From positions 120,714,001-120,778,000 of the forward strand of contig OX597814.1 in the NCBI GenBank assembly GCA_951406725.2: 64,000 nucleotides of DNA. Reading direction: 5' to 3'. The translations under genes were made by a program, and so were the position numbers. Origin of the DNA: Octopus vulgaris (taxonomy: Eukaryota). Below are positions 40,242 through 56,880 of the stretch, piece after piece. The notes under the pieces are model-generated. The model searched no databases, was not told the DNA's origin, and was given only the letters and a program-made list of their open reading frames with translations. Each line of letters starts with the position of its first letter. Within the stretch, counting starts at the first letter, position 1.

Positions 40242-41039
40242 AATTAAGATTCAATTGAATTAGGTTCTTAGTTGAAGTAGCAAGTGAGTCCGATATTATC
40301 TGGAGGCTCGAAGTAAGGTGAATTGTAATGTTCAATTAAATGGGGCCGCTTGAAACAGTTGTATCTCATTACTACTTGTAAATCTTGTTGCATATTTCGA
40401 TTTTATAATCACACACATATGCCTATTTCGTATGTGTGTGCGTATGTGTATGTGCGTATGTGCGTGTGTGCGTGCGGGTATGTATTCGTACGTGTCTCAT
40501 GCGCAATGACTTGTCTGGGAAGTTTTCAACAGGGAATTAACAGTAACTTTTTTCAAATATCCATTTCAGTATTGTCCAAGAGGCATGCAGTATAAAAAGC
40601 ATGACTGTATGAACAGCATGGTAGTAGGATGCTTTTCTAGAATTTCTGTGCTTGTAGCTAACAATAGTACTAAGATCATCGATGCTCTCATTTCTGTGAC
40701 AGTTCATGGAAATTGTATCGAGATGAACGGGACGGATAAAATGGCACGAATAAGAGACGAATTTCAATAACAGTAATTTATCTGAACTCTCCTCTAATGT
40801 CTAGTCGTTTACATCAATGCCGAGATAGCAGTGTAATCAGTGCATCTGTGATGGTTTTTTGCGGTACACTTTCCAACATGTTGTGGTGTGATTTCGGTTT
40901 TGGCTGCTATCAAATTTGCCTTTCTTCCATTCAAGGTCGATAAATGTAATGTTAGACAATACTACGGCCTCTCACTTTATCTCAGAGTCTCGTAGTCTCT
41001 AAAATCAATTCTCTGAGAAGAATATTGCGCGTGTAATGA

Positions 41040-41950
41040 GCTTTACCGTGTCGAGAAATCCTGCAGTTGCTGTTCCCTGGTGTTTCCTATATTTCTGACA
41101 TCGAGGTTCCAAATATACGCCCGAGTACTTCTTTCAGGAACTCGCTACCAAACTCAGTGTAATCACTGCACGTAAAATGTTTCAAATTGTTAGAGAATCT
41201 TCCAAATTTTCTCTGCTATCAAAGCAAAGCAATCAATAGCTCTGGCAGGCGTACGAAGAACCTCTTTCCGACAGTAAATATTTGTAATAAGAAATGTAAG
41301 TTTTCGGAATTGTAGGCACTTCACTTATAGTCATCCCTCTAACTGCCTACCAAGAATTAAAATGATTAATGGCTTTAAAACGTCTTGTGACTGCTTTTAA
41401 TCTGATTGCAGAATTGCTTCCTGAAAATTCCTGTTAAGTTACCGCAAGAACAGTCTGGCTTCAAGTGATCTCTTGAAACACATTGATGTCATACAAGTTG
41501 CGACGGATTTAATCTTGTGTTAGGTTGTACAGCTTCAGTACATTATGGTTCCGTCTTTCGTCAGTGTCTGTGTCAAGCATGCAATCAAAACAGCAGCACA
41601 CTTAATCAAACCGTTATCATTGACAACAGAATTACTAAATTAGAATTGCTCCCAGTGACGAAAAGAAAAGTATGACCTTTGGTTGGAATAAATCAGAAAG
41701 GATCTAAATAATACCCTGCAGAAACAGAAAATTAGGTTTGAAAGAAGTACTGAAAGGAGCCGCGTTTAAGCGGGAGTCGCATTTGATTAAATTTGCAATG
41801 ACGTTTTACAAGCACAGAGAAGTATGCTGCTCTCAGAGCATCGTTGAAATGACTTAACTTATCAACAACAGAATCTCCACACGTGGTATCAGATGCTGTA
41901 TTTTGGACATTTCTCCCCGCTATAATAGGGGAAAAGATTTGCATTGACAC
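41040..41950 (+). mobile_element. Very degraded CR1/Jockey-like LINE RT region
   Basis: QELATKLSVITAR (cf. KELAPELSPILARLF), NGFKTS (cf. QYGFR..RST), and a PHV..C..W-like remnant near 41880. Weak, frame-broken similarity. Confidence 0.4.
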
Positions 41951-42732
41951 AAGACACGAAAGTGAAAACACCAAAACTAAAGGAGGACAAAGTTTCCTTG
42001 CGGCTCGTGATGAAACATATTTCAGTTTCAAAAACATGAATATATGAATATATAAATACGCATACATACAGGCACAGTCAAAGACATCTTTATCCACACG
42101 TATAGCTACACACACATGCACACACGTATATACATAGTATCGCAAATTAAAATTCCCTTTCGCACAGAAATGCGTACACAGATATAAAACATAAGTGATT
42201 ATGTGTAAAATCAATAGATAATTTTGTTGGCTTCTATTTTCGCTAGTCAGGTTCATCAAGTATTAAGAACTTTACGACATATTTCAATTTTCTTCGAGTA
42301 ATGGGTCAGCTCATGAACAAATGTTCTGAACTCCAAATTAATAACATTAATTTAAAATTAATGTATGTATATGTATTGGTGGCACTGATGGTGGATTTAT
42401 GTTATTCAGCATATGGATGCAGCTGTTCCTTTACTTGACTAATTGCTTCTGAACTAACTTGTATGTATGGGCTGAGTATCCCACAGACACTTACATTCTC
42501 GGTATATCTTTCAGACTGCGTTATCGTGACAGAATATGTGACAAGGTTGCACCATTTCCATTGCAAGATACAATCCACCCAATGTTTAATTCCATCCACT
42601 GGGATTGAACGTGAGAGATCATAATTTCGATGCGAACTTATTAACAATTTGGTCAAACTCTGGGCACGTGCTAACAATATTTTCCAATGTCTGTACTCGT
42701 ATATAAACATATAAGTCTGCGCTTGATATACT

Positions 42733-43150
42733 GGTTTCAAATTTTGGGACAGGGTCAACAAGTTAGGGGTCGGGATAAATCGATTACAGTAACTTCAGGG
42801 CTCAACTGGTATTCCTTTTATCGACCCTGAAAGGTTGAAAGCCAAAATCGACCTCGGCGGAATTTGAACTCAGAACATAAAGACAGAAAAACTGGCACTA
42901 AGCGTGCTAACGATTCTTATTTCTTTACTGCTCACATAGGGCTACACACAGAGAGGGCAAACAGGGATAGACAAACTGATCAGATCGAATATATTGGCCC
43001 CAGTGCGTAACTGGTATTTATTTAATCGACCCCGAAAGGATGAAAGGCGAAGTCGACCTCGGCGGAATTTGAACTCAGAACGTAACGGCAGACGAAATAC
43101 TGCTAAGCATTTTGCCCGGCGTGGTAACAATTCTGCTAGCTTGCTGCCTT
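42733..43150 (-). mobile_element. Tandem dimer of family A SINEs
   Basis: Full copy 43150->42918 joined to a head-less alternative-tail copy 42917->42733; two cores and two B boxes. Confidence 0.88.
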
Positions 43151-43468
43151 GTGCGCTTGGAAATATTAAGAAATGTATATGAAATACGTCCCTAGTGATA
43201 TATTGCGATTCACCAAGTATTTCTTCCAGTAGTTGACATCCGTTCTATGACACAGCTATCACAGGTATTTAAACTACCTTTTCGTCCACCGATATTGTGT
43301 ACATAAGCTCTAAAATACATTATAACAGACACACATGTACACGCATATATATTCACACACACATTCAAACACACACATACACACACATTGACACACACAC
43401 ACAAATGTTCAATATATATCTGTCTCAATCTCTGTCGTTCTCTGTATGTCTCTCTCTTTCTCTCTTTG

Positions 43469-43525
<57 letters not shown>

Positions 43526-44065
43526 CGCTCTTAGCAGTTTATTCAACAGTTCTCCAGCTCCTGCGCTCGACCAATATACCGAAACGAATAATAGAACCAC
43601 TACATCGGTGATCGACATATAATATGCGAGGGTCTCGTGAATAATATCAACGACAGTAAACACCTGATATTCATTTTGTTAAACCCATTTTTCTACCACC
43701 ACCACAACCACCACCATCACCGCCACAGCCGCCACCACCACCACCACCACCACCACCACCACCACGACTGTCACAGAAGAACGAATTTCTAAATGACACC
43801 TAACGGGAATCGAACTCAAATTATAAAGGGACCTAACCCCATGTTGGCTATGATATTAAAGTACTATCTACCGGTTCAGTTTCTCTACATTCTTAACTTC
43901 AATTAATTTTACTAGAGCCGTAGCAAATGTTCTGCCACAACTGCTAACTTTATCTCAAATATGTTAAAGACAAAGGTAGCAAGCGCTTGAAATACAACTA
44001 TTCCTATCACCCAAAAGCACCACAATACGTTTTTTTAACTATTATAGCAAGTTCTTATATTCTAT

Positions 44066-46830
<2,765 letters not shown>

Positions 46831-47272
46831 AGTATTATATCCAATATCCTTATCATTATCGTAATTGCTGTCGTTGTATTCCAATATTCAATGTCATCAA
46901 TTACATCTTTTTTTCTAACCACCTTCCTAAATAATTGCCAAGTTCATCAACATTTTCACCGGTTATGTTAGCCTTAATGGCTATTGCGACCTCACATATT
47001 CCCTAATGTTTACTCAGCTACTGCTGAGGTTTTTTAATCTCTGTATCTACTTGGCCAATATGACCGAGGATGAACGAATTTGATGTTACCGCAACAATCG
47101 ATTATTACCCTCCATCTCAAATCTTAGGCAGAATTCCTGTGTTAGCGCTGCAGATTGGAAAATTCATAAGGATTGAGAGAATCCTTCAGAAAAAAGATGT
47201 TTTGCCGCTTATGACAAGGCTCTTTAAATTATGCATTCAAATCGCGCCTCGCACGTCGTGCAAGAAGTGTGC

Positions 47273-47572
47273 GTTTGTTCCTTCTCGAGCCATCCCTAGC
47301 TCTTAAGAGCCGGTTTCCCGGTTTCATTGGCGTATAGCTTCCCCACCTGGACGGGACACCGGCCCGTCGCAGGTGAGCTGCTAGATGCAGGACGGAAGAG
47401 TGACAGAAAGTTGTGGCGAAAGAGTCAGAAGAGGTTCGCCATTATCCTCTGCCGGAGCCGAGTGGTTCTTGGGTATTTTACTCATAAACACATCCATCGA
47501 CCGCTCTGAGATTCGAAACTGCGATCCCTCGACTGTGAGTCTGCTGCTCTAACCACCAGGCCATGTGCCTCC
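47273..47572 (-). mobile_element. Full-length SINE, family C
   Basis: Reverse complement of 25528-25833 and 50275-50567. Confidence 0.9.
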
Positions 47573-47781
47573 ACTTCAATAGATGTACTAATCAAGAATC
47601 AAGGATGATTCTATCAAATTTAACCGTCCGTAAAAATGGATGATATCGTGTCTAAATAATAAAATAATACTATTATTACACTAGTGTGCGTTAATTTAAT
47701 TAGCTCGTAATTAATCTTGATGTTTGATGACAACAAATCTACTCAAATCATCAGAATCGTTCTTAGGATTCTAGCAGATTA

Positions 47782-48182
47782 TTCTTCTACTTCTCTTCTT
47801 AATCCTTTTTGCCCTTTGTGGAGGATAGGGCCTCAACCGTTGTTTTCCACTTTTTGCGGTCATTGGCGTGTTGGCTGCTTCCCATGTGAGGCCGGTGGTC
47901 CTGAGCTCGCCAAAATGCTCCGATTCCGTGTCTGCTTCGGACGTCTTCGATTAATTTTCCCTAGCGGGTTCCAATCAAGTGCTTTTTCGTGTCACATTTG
48001 AAGGTTCTTTCCGCGGTGTATGTCCGATCCATCTCCATTTCCTTCGTCTAATCTGAACATGCATGGGTTCCTGGTTGACCCTTTCCCACAGGTCGGTGTT
48101 TAGCACTCTGTCAAACCACTTCAGATGGAGGATCTGCCGGAGAAATGTATTGATGAAGGTCTGGATCTTCCTGTAGAATATA
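47782..48182 (-). mobile_element. RTE-clade LINE 3' end
   Basis: RKIQTFINTFLRQILHLKWFDRVLNTDLWERVNQEPMHVQIRRRKWRWIGHTPRK..WNPLGK..RRRPKQT, followed by an (aag)-type tail. Confidence 0.9.
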
Positions 48183-48199
48183 GGATGGTATTTTTCTGC

Positions 48200-48350
48200 A
48201 GGTTGACAAGCAACCCTAATTGCTACAAAAAATATTCTGCTCAGTACCTCAGATATGCTAATCAAGTTGAGATTTGAATAATTAATTTCTGAAAACATGG
48301 GCGTTTGTTCATCATACTTAAACAAGCCTTATACGGGGACTTTTGGTGCG
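48200..48350 (+). repeat. Family F fragment
   Basis: gctacaaaaaatattctgctcagtacctcagat and tttgaataattaatttctgaaaacatgggcgttt match 11380-11610. Confidence 0.6.
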
Positions 48351-48369
48351 GGCTCGTATATAATAGGGA

Positions 48370-48540
48370 GGAACCGATTTATGGAAAATCTTAGTGGAAA
48401 GCTCTTATAAAGTACTCGCACAGAAGACAATTCCGAAAGATTTAACAATGTCTAGAGCAACTGTGTTGATTTTAGGTGTGTCATAATGTAGTTAGTCTCT
48501 GATAGATATGTCTCTAAAGAAACTGTAATCGTTGCAGGGA
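48370..48540 (-). mobile_element. CR1/Jockey-like RT fragment
   Basis: TVALDIVKSFGIV (cf. AVALDISKAFDRV). Confidence 0.45.
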
Positions 48541-49199
48541 GGGTTCGGAAGACTCAGAGTGAGGAAGAGAAAAATAGAGAAATAGAGAGAGATACTCCCT
48601 TTAGAGAGAATGAAGTAAAGAGAGAGGGAGAGTTAGAAGGAATGAAATAGAGAGAGAGAAAGGGAGAGAGTCAACTTTGTGGAGAATATCGTTGTTAATA
48701 CTTTTTCCAATAAGTTAATAATGTTATATAATAAATATATAAATTATAATTTTCGTTGTTTAGGTATAAAACGGTAATTTCCTCTTTAATTGGGTCACTG
48801 TAGCATATTTCCAATTGGTAAAGTATATCCAGATATTGTGAGTGCCTTCTGTGTTTTGCATGCGAAATTAGTTATACTTATAGATCAAACAAAAAGTACT
48901 GAATTACATGTAAAATTTGGAGGTATATAATTCATTCGGTTATTAATTTTGCTCTTCAGAGTATTTCCTGTTGGAATACAAATACCACATAATGTTCGTG
49001 ACGTCTAATATAAGTCCAGTTTATTATTAGCAGTTTCCAAAATAAATCTCAATTTTGGACATTAATTTACAATTCTATTAGAGGGGTCATATTTATACAA
49101 GAATATCAAGGACTATAATCACTGTACAGAATTCTTTCAGTATCGAAAGCGTAATTTGTCAGTGATATAGTGATAAAATATTTGCCTTCTCTTACATAA

Positions 49200-49500
49200 T
49201 AACAATGAACCCACCCTCTCCCTCCTGTAAAATCTTAGCTTTTGAGGGCCCAAAATTATTAATAACTTGTGGAAATCTTTCACAGACCGGATAAACGTAG
49301 ATGTAGATGAGTTAACAATAGATCTAGAAAATCCTTTTTCTGTTGTACCAGATGAACCTACATTACAAACATACCGTTTACTAGAAAAATGGACTCACTA
49401 TTCACAAGAAAAATGTACGGAGAGAGGGAGATAGTGATGATCAGTAACTGTATAATAAACTAGTAATTATGCAATTGGCAGTGTCCAGCAACGGCCACAT
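49200..49500 (+). mobile_element. CR1/L2-like LINE 3' end remnant
   Basis: LAFEGPKLLI..NVDVDELTIDLENPFSVVPDEP (cf. GPKLFN.LP..FK..LD.FL..VPDEP). Confidence 0.55.
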
Positions 49501-50038
49501 ACAAGACTAAATATAGCAAAGGACAAAAGAGAATTGTGCATGAGTATTAATTTTAGGAGAATCATTCTCAATCAAACCCAAAGAGAAGGCATTGATGCAA
49601 ATGCATTTATTTTTCACTGCCCAAAATCGAATGTAGTTTCTCGTATGTATAGAATTATGTTGAATTTATAAAGTGTGGGGAAATTAAAGGCATTAAGAGG
49701 TAAGTATGGGTTTCATGGTATAAACGTAGATGCTTTTTCATACACAATTGTACAAATATATATATATATATATATACACGAGACGTAGTTCTCCAGGTTT
49801 ACAGGTATTATGTCACAGTTTCTCTGCATTGTGAGGTATTGTTGTGTTTCATCAGGTGATACATAAATATTGTTTCTGTGTTCCGTAAACCTAAATTTTC
49901 GGCACGACCGCATCCTTTATATCTCTGGTTTCCACTACTTCGTGTAGCCAGGAGAGACGAAAAAAATGCGGTTGACTCTGAATTATCGGTTTTACACATA
50001 TGCACACGCGCGTGTGTGTGCATATATATATGTATGTG

Positions 50039-50092
<54 letters not shown>

Positions 50093-50274
50093 AAATATAG
50101 GTAAATGGAGATTTTATTAGTTCCTACATACATTTCACTATTACGCTTGTTTGAAACCTGCATTGCATGTTCGAAGTTCTTTGGGATGCTTAGCGAGAAA
50201 GGAATATTAGAAAACACTTTATTGTATTCAGCTACAGAGAATACATTAAAATAAACATAGGGCGCCATATGTAT

Positions 50275-50567
50275 GGACGCACATGGCATAGTGGTTAGAG
50301 CAGCGGACTCGCAGTCGAGGGACCGTGGGTTCAAATCTTAGACAGGGCAACGTGTTTGTTTATGAGCGAAACACCTAAGCTCTACGCGTCTCTGGCAGAA
50401 GGTAATGGCGAACTTCTACTGACTCTTTCACTACAACTTTTTCTCTCTCTTTCCTCCTACATCTCGCAGCTCACCTGCGACGGACCGTTGTCCCGTCCAG
50501 GTGGAGGACCAAATCGGGAAACCGGCGCCTATGAGCCAGCCGTGGCTCGAGAAGGAACAAACAACAA
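50275..50567 (+). mobile_element. Full-length SINE, family C
   Basis: A box tggcatagtgg, B box gggttcaaatc; 10-bp TSD ccatatgtat at 50265-50274 and 50568-50577. Confidence 0.92.
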
Positions 50568-51279
50568 CCATATGTATAGTTATTTTGGTATAGGTTACAG
50601 CTTTCTAATACAATTTGAAATATGTGATGTTACTCTTCTGCAGGTCAACAAGCAAGTTTCAATTTCAATTGCCACAAAAAATATTCTTCTCAATATAATT
50701 GCTGAGTTTTCAGTAACTCTTTTGTCTTGGCTATATGAATCTGAAGTGGACAAATTAATCTACTGAAAATGAAGTTATGAAATTGTCATACATTCTTTCT
50801 TTTTTCTTTTTTCCCTTTTGCACGTACACTTTAATCTAAAGTGAAAATTCTCGTATGTTAAGCTTTTCTTTCATCTGAAAGATATCAATGACATTTAACA
50901 AGTTAATATTGTCTCATTAAAGATAATAAAACTTGTTGAAATATGAATAGCCTATTTCTGTGCTTGCATTTCTTAAATTTAAATCCGTATTTGAAATTTG
51001 TATTTTGATTTGCAAGTCTTGTTATTTAAAAAAAAATGGTTTATAACGACATTCATCATATCTCCAAATAATCTTCTAAGTTAGGAAATTATTGGACGAA
51101 GGATTGTAAAAGACAGGTTAATTATATATGTTTATTGAAAGCAAGCATGTTATTCGTTGTTTAATGCATCATATCGTTATACACATACACACGCACAAAC
51201 AAACACATACACCAAGGCAAACATACATACGTTATTATGATTTCTTTAATACATTTATATATATAATTATTATATCTTA

Positions 51280-52109
51280 TTACGAGCCTTGTCTGATGGT
51301 GCAGAATGTTGTTGAAATACATAAGGCTTTCCAATGCATAGACTGTTGATCCAAGGCTTAACAACTTTATCCAGAACTTTAATATACGCAGCAGCATACA
51401 CCCTAGGACCTTGTGGAAAAAAAGTGATGAGGTATCATATGTCCTTCGCTGATAACAACATCCAAAACCGTGACAGTTGCAGGATATATTGGAACTTCAG
51501 AAGTTTTGCACATAGCCATGTGTCATTTCTTCTACTAGTTTTCTGGACCTGATCAGATTTTTCTCATCTGAGAAAAATTAAATCACACCATCCTCTGATG
51601 GATTTTTATTTTTGTTTAAAAGTCTGATAAAACGGTTTCCTTCTGGGTTTTTTTCTGACATGAATTGACCTCTCCTCATCACGTAAGATTTGTATCTGAT
51701 GTCTTCATGCACAACGTTTCTGAATCTTTCTTCTGACACAGAATAATTTTGCAAATTACCTCATTGATTTTTCTGGATTATCTTCAATGTATTGCTTAAC
51801 GTCCTCGGTAGATTCATGTGTCATGATAGAATCAGGTCGTTTGGAACGATTGTACGTTTTGATGCAGGTAATATGCTTCTTTCACCGAATCTTGTGGACA
51901 AAATATCTTGCAACACTCTGAAGAGGAGAAATTTCTAAATCACCATGCTTAACCTTCCAAGCAACGATCACAACATGCCTTTTCATTTCATTAACCAGCA
52001 TAGGGACTGTCATTATTATTTTCTGAAATAGAAGTTCATCAAAACTTAGTCAAATAAAATAATGACTAAAAATGTAAAATACATGTCCTGAAATACTCTC
52101 CGCACCCTG
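51280..52109 (-). mobile_element. Tc1/mariner (maT/DD37D-like) transposon 5' part with one TIR
   Basis: EMKRHVVIVA..VVHEDIRYKSYVMRRGQFMSEK..FFSDEKN, then frame-shifted QGLR/VKPWI/YVFQQ.SAP remnants. Terminus TA|cagggtgcgg at 52111-52100. Confidence 0.88.
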
Positions 52110-52113
52110 TATG

Positions 52114-52145
<32 letters not shown>

Positions 52146-52379
52146 CGCACACAACTACACGCACATACACACAAATGAACCCACACATACATCCCATACA
52201 CACGGCACACAATTATACATACGTGTATACACACATACGCACGTACAAGCACACACGCACACATACACACACGAAAACACACATACATACACACACACAC
52301 ACACTACAAACAAAACACACACACGATACATATACATACACGCACACACACACACACTTCAAAGTAGCAGTACTGACCT

Positions 52380-52885
52380 GTGGTAGAGACAAAAGGCACC
52401 ACTCCTTCTTCCTCGACCTTCACACTACTAGCCCTACAAACACGCTTTGCTTAACAGCCACAACCACACACACACATACACACTCACACACATACACACA
52501 CACGTGTCATCATTGCACACATACACACACAGGAACGCGCAGACCCCCGCGCACACACATATCCACACTTACACACACATTTCTCCTCCCCTACCATTCT
52601 CCTGTCTTTGACAAAACTACTCTTCTGTCTTTGAAAACAACTTTCTTCACCCATTTCCTTCCGGTCTTTCAAAATGTGACCTCATGTGTACCGTTGGCGA
52701 TTTTTTTCCCTCTGTCTTCCCTTCTCTGGATCTTTCCTTCTCCTATGTTTCCGACGAAGAGCTCCGCTTGAAACGTTAAACCCTTCTTCTTTCCTTCTTT
52801 CCTGAGCGTCCAATAATACTATATTTGTTCAACGTCCTCGCGTTGTCGTGTTTTTTTTGTGCTTTCTTGTTTGGATTAACTTTAT
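52380..52885 (+). repeat. Family H pLTR-like repeat with variant hammerhead-like motif
   Basis: gttt-CCGACGA-a-gagc-tcc-gctt-GAAAC-GTT-aaac at 52747-52781; its 3' end is also found inverted at 61302-61368. Confidence 0.7.
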
Positions 52886-53161
52886 ATATATATATACACA
52901 CTGTCAGTGTATATATCACGCTCTGAGTCTCTCTCTGTGTCTATCTATCTATCTCCCGCTCTCTCCTCTTATACACATATGTGTACATGATGTATGTTGT
53001 ATTGGAATTGGAAATTTAAAGTTACATTATTTTCATATGTTTATTGACATACATTAAAATCCATATTTCCAGCTTTATATTTCCTTTAAAAGTGGAAATT
53101 TCGTACTTAGATATTAGTCCTTTATACACGTGTCCTAGTAAAGTAATATCTATATATAATT

Positions 53162-53375
53162 AAGCCGGCGAACTTGCAGAATCTTTAACCTGCCAGGCAA
53201 AATGTTTTTCGGCATTATGTCTATCTTTGTATTGAGCTTAAATTCCACCTAGATCCACTTCGATTTCGTCTTTTCGGGATCGATGAAATAAGTACAATTT
53301 GAGCAATGCGGTGGATGGAATCGACTTCTAGCATTACTCAATATTGCTGAAATTATACCAAAATTTAAATTCAAC
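53162..53375 (+). mobile_element. Old, diverged SINE family A copy
   Basis: aagccggcgaacttgcagaatc..aaattccac..ttttcgggatcgatgaaataagtac. Confidence 0.65.
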
Positions 53376-53686
53376 ATATATACACACTTGTTTAAACTAA
53401 CACATACATCAATTTAAAAGTAGTCCCATATTTTCTTTCGTATTTTCTACAATGGTGCGTGTCTCTTACATATATTACCTTTCCTCAGTTATATCAAAGT
53501 GTGTCACCACACACTTAATTCTGTGCATACATTATTCACACTTTTATTTGGCAAATATTTTCGCAGCTTAAAAATGTATAATTCCCTTCTCTAAGTTTGA
53601 CACTAATTTATTGAAATTCTTCATTTTAATTGTTAATATATTCAAGTGTAATGAATACTAATATATGATCATTTGCCTTAGCATTA

Positions 53687-53721
<35 letters not shown>

Positions 53722-53944
53722 TGCATAATAAAAGAAAACGTTGAAAATTTTTAATATTATGCTGCTGTCATTCTCTCTATCCATTTCATACGACAGAGTA
53801 CTTTTCATAACTTTGACAACCATTCATAATCGATAATTCAAACCAAACCCTTTCCCGTTTCACAATTTAAAATAGTTTCCTTTTTCCTTTATGTTAATTC
53901 TAAATTTTCCAGCATTTATGCATAAAGCTTAAGTGTGGAAATAT

Positions 53945-54140
53945 TTCTTCCAAATTTTGACAGAAGGCCAGCAATTTCCAGCATGGGTAGGTCGAGTGCA
54001 TCGACCCCAATGTTTAACTCGTGCTTATTTTATAGACACCGATCGGATGAATGTCTAAGTCGATCTCAGAACTCACAGTGGACAAAATTCTGCTACGCAT
54101 CTTGCCTCTGGTGCTAACCATTCTACCACCTCGTATCCTT
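53945..54140 (-). mobile_element. Old, diverged SINE family A copy
   Basis: catcgacccca..aactcgtgcttattttatagac..ggatgaa..gtgctaaccattct. Confidence 0.6.
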
Positions 54141-54401
54141 AAATAGTGGAAGCAAAAAAGGCCTCACACTTTGCAATATAAATACGGGTTTTGTCGGGAA
54201 TTCAGCAAGCAAAATGATTAAACTACTTTTAAATTTAAACGAGTGATTTATCTATTAGACTTGAGAAACGATGACAATACACGATGTGATGTTCATAAGT
54301 ACCGCTGTAATTTTATAACGCAGCTCTTTCGTATTTCACATGTATATTTTAAGCGCAATTTCACTTTCACAAACGTGCGCTCAACGCTTGCCGATACATA
54401 C

Positions 54402-54444
<43 letters not shown>

Positions 54445-54447
<3 letters not shown>

Positions 54448-54600
54448 CAAAATGGGACAAGAACGCAAAACATCCGGACAACTAGGTGATACAAAAATGA
54501 ACAACAAAACATCCAGATAGACGATACAAAAAACAAGGACGGGTCATTCAAAGCTTTCTATCCTTAGTCAAGGACCAGATCATCGTCGCAATTTCGGTGA
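54445..54600 (-). repeat. Family J repeat with internal duplication
   Basis: Inverted homologue of 38981-39145; aaaacatcc.ga..gatacaaaaa occurs twice. Confidence 0.65.
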
Positions 54601-55211
54601 TTAAAATACTCAACACCTAATAGCCAAGAATAATCTTATAGATTAAAGCGGATGCATATTTGTATATGTTTGTATAAGTGTAAAGGAATCTCTGTATTTT
54701 CTATAACTATTTAGTATATAGTTGGTCATTGTGACCATTTAGCATTGGCCTAATTTTCTTGATACAAAATCTAATTGCCAAATAGGAGTAAACTCTAAGA
54801 CAGTATAATCCTCTTTCCACTTTAATTTCTTTAGGAATAACTTCTGACATTTATTTCACCCCTACCTACTTCTATAAAGAGAAAATCTCTTTTGTCTCCA
54901 TTCAACAGAATATCCATCCACACTTTCTAGCAGTTCAAAATAACTTGAAGAATATTGTTCAGTCAGAAGATAAATTCTAATACCTTAATGTTCTTAAGAT
55001 TCAAATCAAAATCTCTGTCTATATATCTGCCCTCTTTATAATGTTATCAATTAACATGAAGAGAAGTATATGTATTGATGGAAAACCTCTATAAATGGTT
55101 GATGATTGCTCAACATTTTAAAACTGTTGTAATACTTACAATGTTTAATAAAATAATGTAACATGAAGCGATCGTACCAAATTACCGAAGATATTCTTGT
55201 TACTTATTTTG

Positions 55212-55276
<65 letters not shown>

Positions 55277-55676
55277 TACATAAAATATATTTTATATGTA
55301 TGTATTATGTATATAATTTACATACCGATATGCATACTCGCCCATACCTACACTCTCATGTACACACGCATGCACACACACATCTCACGCCCGCACACAT
55401 ACAGTGAGTGTGAAGACCAAATTATACAATACATAGAAATACACCCAAAGTCAAGCATATATTCGATATACGCTTTTCCCCCTAGATATTGACTTAATAA
55501 TTTACTTGGCATTCAAAATTTAAAGAAATTCCTTCAGGTAGACTCACTTAAGTTACCACAAATTTGAGAACAATTGCATCGCCATTTCAAACAAAAAGAT
55601 CACATCTGTGTAATCTCGATTAGAGCTCTGAATTCATGCCGAATTTTCATTGTAGATATTATATATTAGCTTTGCA

Positions 55677-55722
<46 letters not shown>

Positions 55723-56766
55723 CTTATGGGAAACAAAAAGAAAATGAAAAATTGGTATATTTTTCATATTTCAATTTATATGTACTTTAAAATAATATTT
55801 ACATAGCTGTTTATTTAATATGAGCAATTCGTCGTGCTAGTAAGAGGCAGTGTGTAATAATATTAGTGATGTTGGCTACAAGAATTTTCATGGAGATAAT
55901 GAAAAATGAAGACAGTATGTACAAATATTTGCTGGTATGCCTGTAGTTCTTACAATCTGTATGTTAGTTTTGGTTGTGACGCCTCAAACTTTGCTAACAG
56001 TAACTGGACTGCCAACTTTATACTTTAAACAATATATTTTCGCTATCCGTTACGATATCCCATTTCTCTTGAGTATAATTTGGAAAAATATTTGAACAAG
56101 AGCCGGATATATATTTCTTTCCCAAGCTTGATCCGACAGGATATAATAAAAACTTGAATGTCTGAATTTATTTCAGCCATACTCAACACCGAAACATGGA
56201 ATAGAAACTCATGAAAGTTTAGTTTAAAAATATACTGAAAATTGATTATTGCTTGTATAATTTTATTTTTACTGTACATTGTGAAACACCTTGAAAAATT
56301 AGCTGACATTCGAATGTCAAAAACGTGAATTGCAAAACGGAAATATAAATATGAGTACATGTAGCCATGATCTTATTCGTGATATCATAGTGAATATTAA
56401 TAATTTATGTTCAGTGAGTCGGTGTGAGTGGGTGTTGTAGCTGTAAGCCGAGGAAGACGAAAAATTTTATAGGAATATAATTTATGTTTTTAAAAATATC
56501 TATGATTTAACGCTGCGAACACTGGATCTGGACAAGCTCATAAATTTCAACATTCAAAATGTACGATTTAAACTTTGTAGCACTCGTTTGTTTCTTTCCT
56601 GCTAGTAGTGGTGGTGTTCGTAGAGTGATACTGTTTGTTTACTTTTTGTCATTGGAGAGTAGTTATTTGTTACTGGTGCCTGTAGTGCTGGCATTTCTTT
56701 ATTTGTAGTTAGTCCTGCAGTGATGAATGTTGTGACAATATTATTCTCCGATTCATGACGGAGAAT

Positions 56767-56880
<114 letters not shown>

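Noticed and set aside
41732-42259. 175-aa minus-strand ORF
   Set aside because: No recognisable domain; it overlaps TG/TA-rich sequence and the antisense strand of a probable decayed LINE.
49775-49860. Minus-strand CTGATGA...GAAAC resembling another hammerhead
   Set aside because: Helix II and the NUH/helix I pairing could not be formed convincingly; at best a decayed motif.
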